DNA of 55,943 bases, counting the filler, from Porpidia crustulata (Eukaryota): NCBI GenBank assembly GCA_964255105.1. It is 3 parts of 3 records of this genome, joined end to end, with 100 filler letters (N's around TTAATTAATTAA, not from the genome) between each part and the next. Parts side by side here need not be neighbours in the genome. Positions count along the whole stretch, not along the records: positions 37,366 to 55,943 come from CAXUWE010000174.1; 2 more parts are not named here. One strand, given 5' to 3'. Below the pieces are notes generated by a model, which had not been told where the DNA came from, did no database searches, and was given only the letters and a program-made list of their open reading frames with translations. The translations under genes were made by a program, and so were the position numbers. Positions 54,201 to 55,943 of the stretch are shown here, piece after piece. How positions within the stretch are numbered: the first letter of the stretch is position 1; each line of letters starts with the position of its first letter.

Positions 54201-55943
54201 ATCATTCGGATTTGTGTCGCAACTGCGCAGAGCTAGTGTTGTGGTTCGGCAATTAGGTGGCCGTGGTGGCGATATCTATGTAAAAGGCGCACCTGAGTGT
54301 ATGAAAGACATATGTCGCGCTGATAGCTGTAAGCTTTCCAAGTGTGAGCTTCTAAGATCTACTAGAGCTGACTGCTTCCTTACTTTTAGTCCCCGTAGAT
54401 TACGAAGATTTGCTTGGTTTCTATACGCACAGAGGATTCAGAGTTATTGCTTGCGCAACTAAACACGTATCAAGCTTTGACGGCCACAAGGTACACAGTC
54501 TGAAGCGCGCGGAGGCGGAGTCGGATCTTGAATTCATAGGCTTCATAATCTTCGAAAACAAGTTGAAAGCCGCAACTCCCAAGGTCATCAACGAGCTAAA
54601 TGAAGCTGGGATCCGGCAGGTCATGTGCACCGGAGATAACATCTTGACTGCAATCAGCGTCGCTAGGGAGTGCTCATTGATCGACCGTACCGCTCATTGC
54701 TTTGTACCTTATTTTCTTGATGGTACGTATTAGCTAGCATTGGCCAAACACCTCGAACTTCGTCTAATCACTACCTAGGCAACTACCAGGATCCAAGAGC
54801 TCGCCTCGTATGGCATAGCGTTGACAATCCGCTCTTTGAACTGGATGAGCATACCCTAACAGTATGAATATCCTAGCCAGGTTGGATGTATTTCGCTCAC
54901 AAGTCTAGCCTTTACCAACGCCGGCAGAAAGCGATACCTCTCTGCCCTATGAAATGTCAAACCTTCGAAATTACTCGCTTGCTGTCAGCGGAGATGTGTT
55001 CAGGTGGATCATCGAATTTGGAAGCGAAGACATCTTGAGACGGGTGAGTACTTTAACAAGATAAAGCTTGGGGACAACCGGGGCTGACTCAAACAACGAT
55101 AGATGCTTGTCTCCGGCCAAGTCTTTGCAAGAATGTCTCCCGACGAAAAGCACGAACTGGTCGAGAAGCTGCAAAGTGTAGACTACTGCTGCGGCTTCTG
55201 TGGTGACGGTGCCAACGACTGCGGTGCTCTCAAGGCTGCAGATGTTGGCATCTCATTGTCTGAAGCCGAGGCTTCCGTGGCAGCGCCATTTACCAGTCGG
55301 GTATTTGACATCTCGTGTGTGCCTGAAGTCATTCGGTGGGTAGTTCTGGAGACCAGCGTGTGGAACGTTGCTGATACATTCGACAGCGAGGGTCGTGCAG
55401 CTCTAGTCACAAGCTTCTGCTGTTTTAAGTACATGAGTTTATACTCTGCGATTCAATTCACCTCTGTCAGCTTTCTATACGCGTCCGCCTCGAATCTGGG
55501 AGATTTCCAGGTGAGGAGTCGTCCCATTTGCTTACTCAATTACGAAGCTGACAACCGCACAGTTCCTATTCATAGACCTATTCCTAATCCTTCCCATTGC
55601 CATCTTTAGTGAGTAGAATTCCACGAACATCTTCCGTGGTACCATGTTAACCGTGACGTAGTGGGCTGGACTGGTGCCTATCCAAGCCTCTGTCGCAAGC
55701 GACCAACAGCAAGCTTAGTCTCGCGAAAGGTCCTGACCCCCTTGCTCGGCCAGGTGATAATCTGCGTCCTGATCCAAGCGGTGGCATTCACGGCCGTCCG
55801 ACGACAACCATGGTGCGCCAAGTCCCCCCTTACCTCACCGAAAAAAGTCAACTAACCCCTTCCCCGCCCAGGTTCATCCCCCCCAAAATAAAAAAGGAAA
55901 AATCCAACATCAGCAACTCGGAAAACACCGCGCTCTTCCTGAC
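51276..55943 (+). CDS. YPK9: P5B-type ATPase (Ypk9/ATP13A2-like), 3'-truncated by the window end
   Basis: [21 protein letters not shown] (P5B signature), CFDKTGTLT (~53675-53701), [35 protein letters not shown] and [14 protein letters not shown]. Many introns. Start (MSTYSPRP) is tentative. Confidence 0.93.

Overview
Eukaryotic (fungal, filamentous ascomycete-type) genomic DNA with short GT-AG introns and CTRAC-type branch sites, so the six-frame ORFs are mostly exon fragments. Supported genes, in order: cAMP-receptor-like GPCR, caleosin/peroxygenase, Ste2-type pheromone receptor, tandem-BRCT protein, an orphan gene, UPF1, IMP4, an MFS transporter, an Mx-like dynamin-family GTPase, a GMC oxidoreductase, a fringe-like GT31 glycosyltransferase, myosin V, 3-phosphoglycerate dehydrogenase, NAP1, and a P5B ATPase (YPK9) cut by the window end. 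About 12.5-18.6 kb and 32.5-34.5 kb are decayed accessory DNA with pseudogene relics and a CC/GG-depleting mutation signature. The top candidate for an undescribed system is the dynamin-like GTPase (28497-31590, minus strand). Its stalk carries an insertion of roughly 250 aa made of a Nup98/Nup116-type GLEBS (Gle2/Rae1-binding) motif and FG repeats, and it sits head-to-head with a decayed ankyrin/NLR-like relic. There are four assembly gaps. Two contain an artificial TTAATTAATTAA linker, so gene order across 18585-18684 and 37266-37365 may not be real. All calls come from reading motifs by eye; no searches were run.
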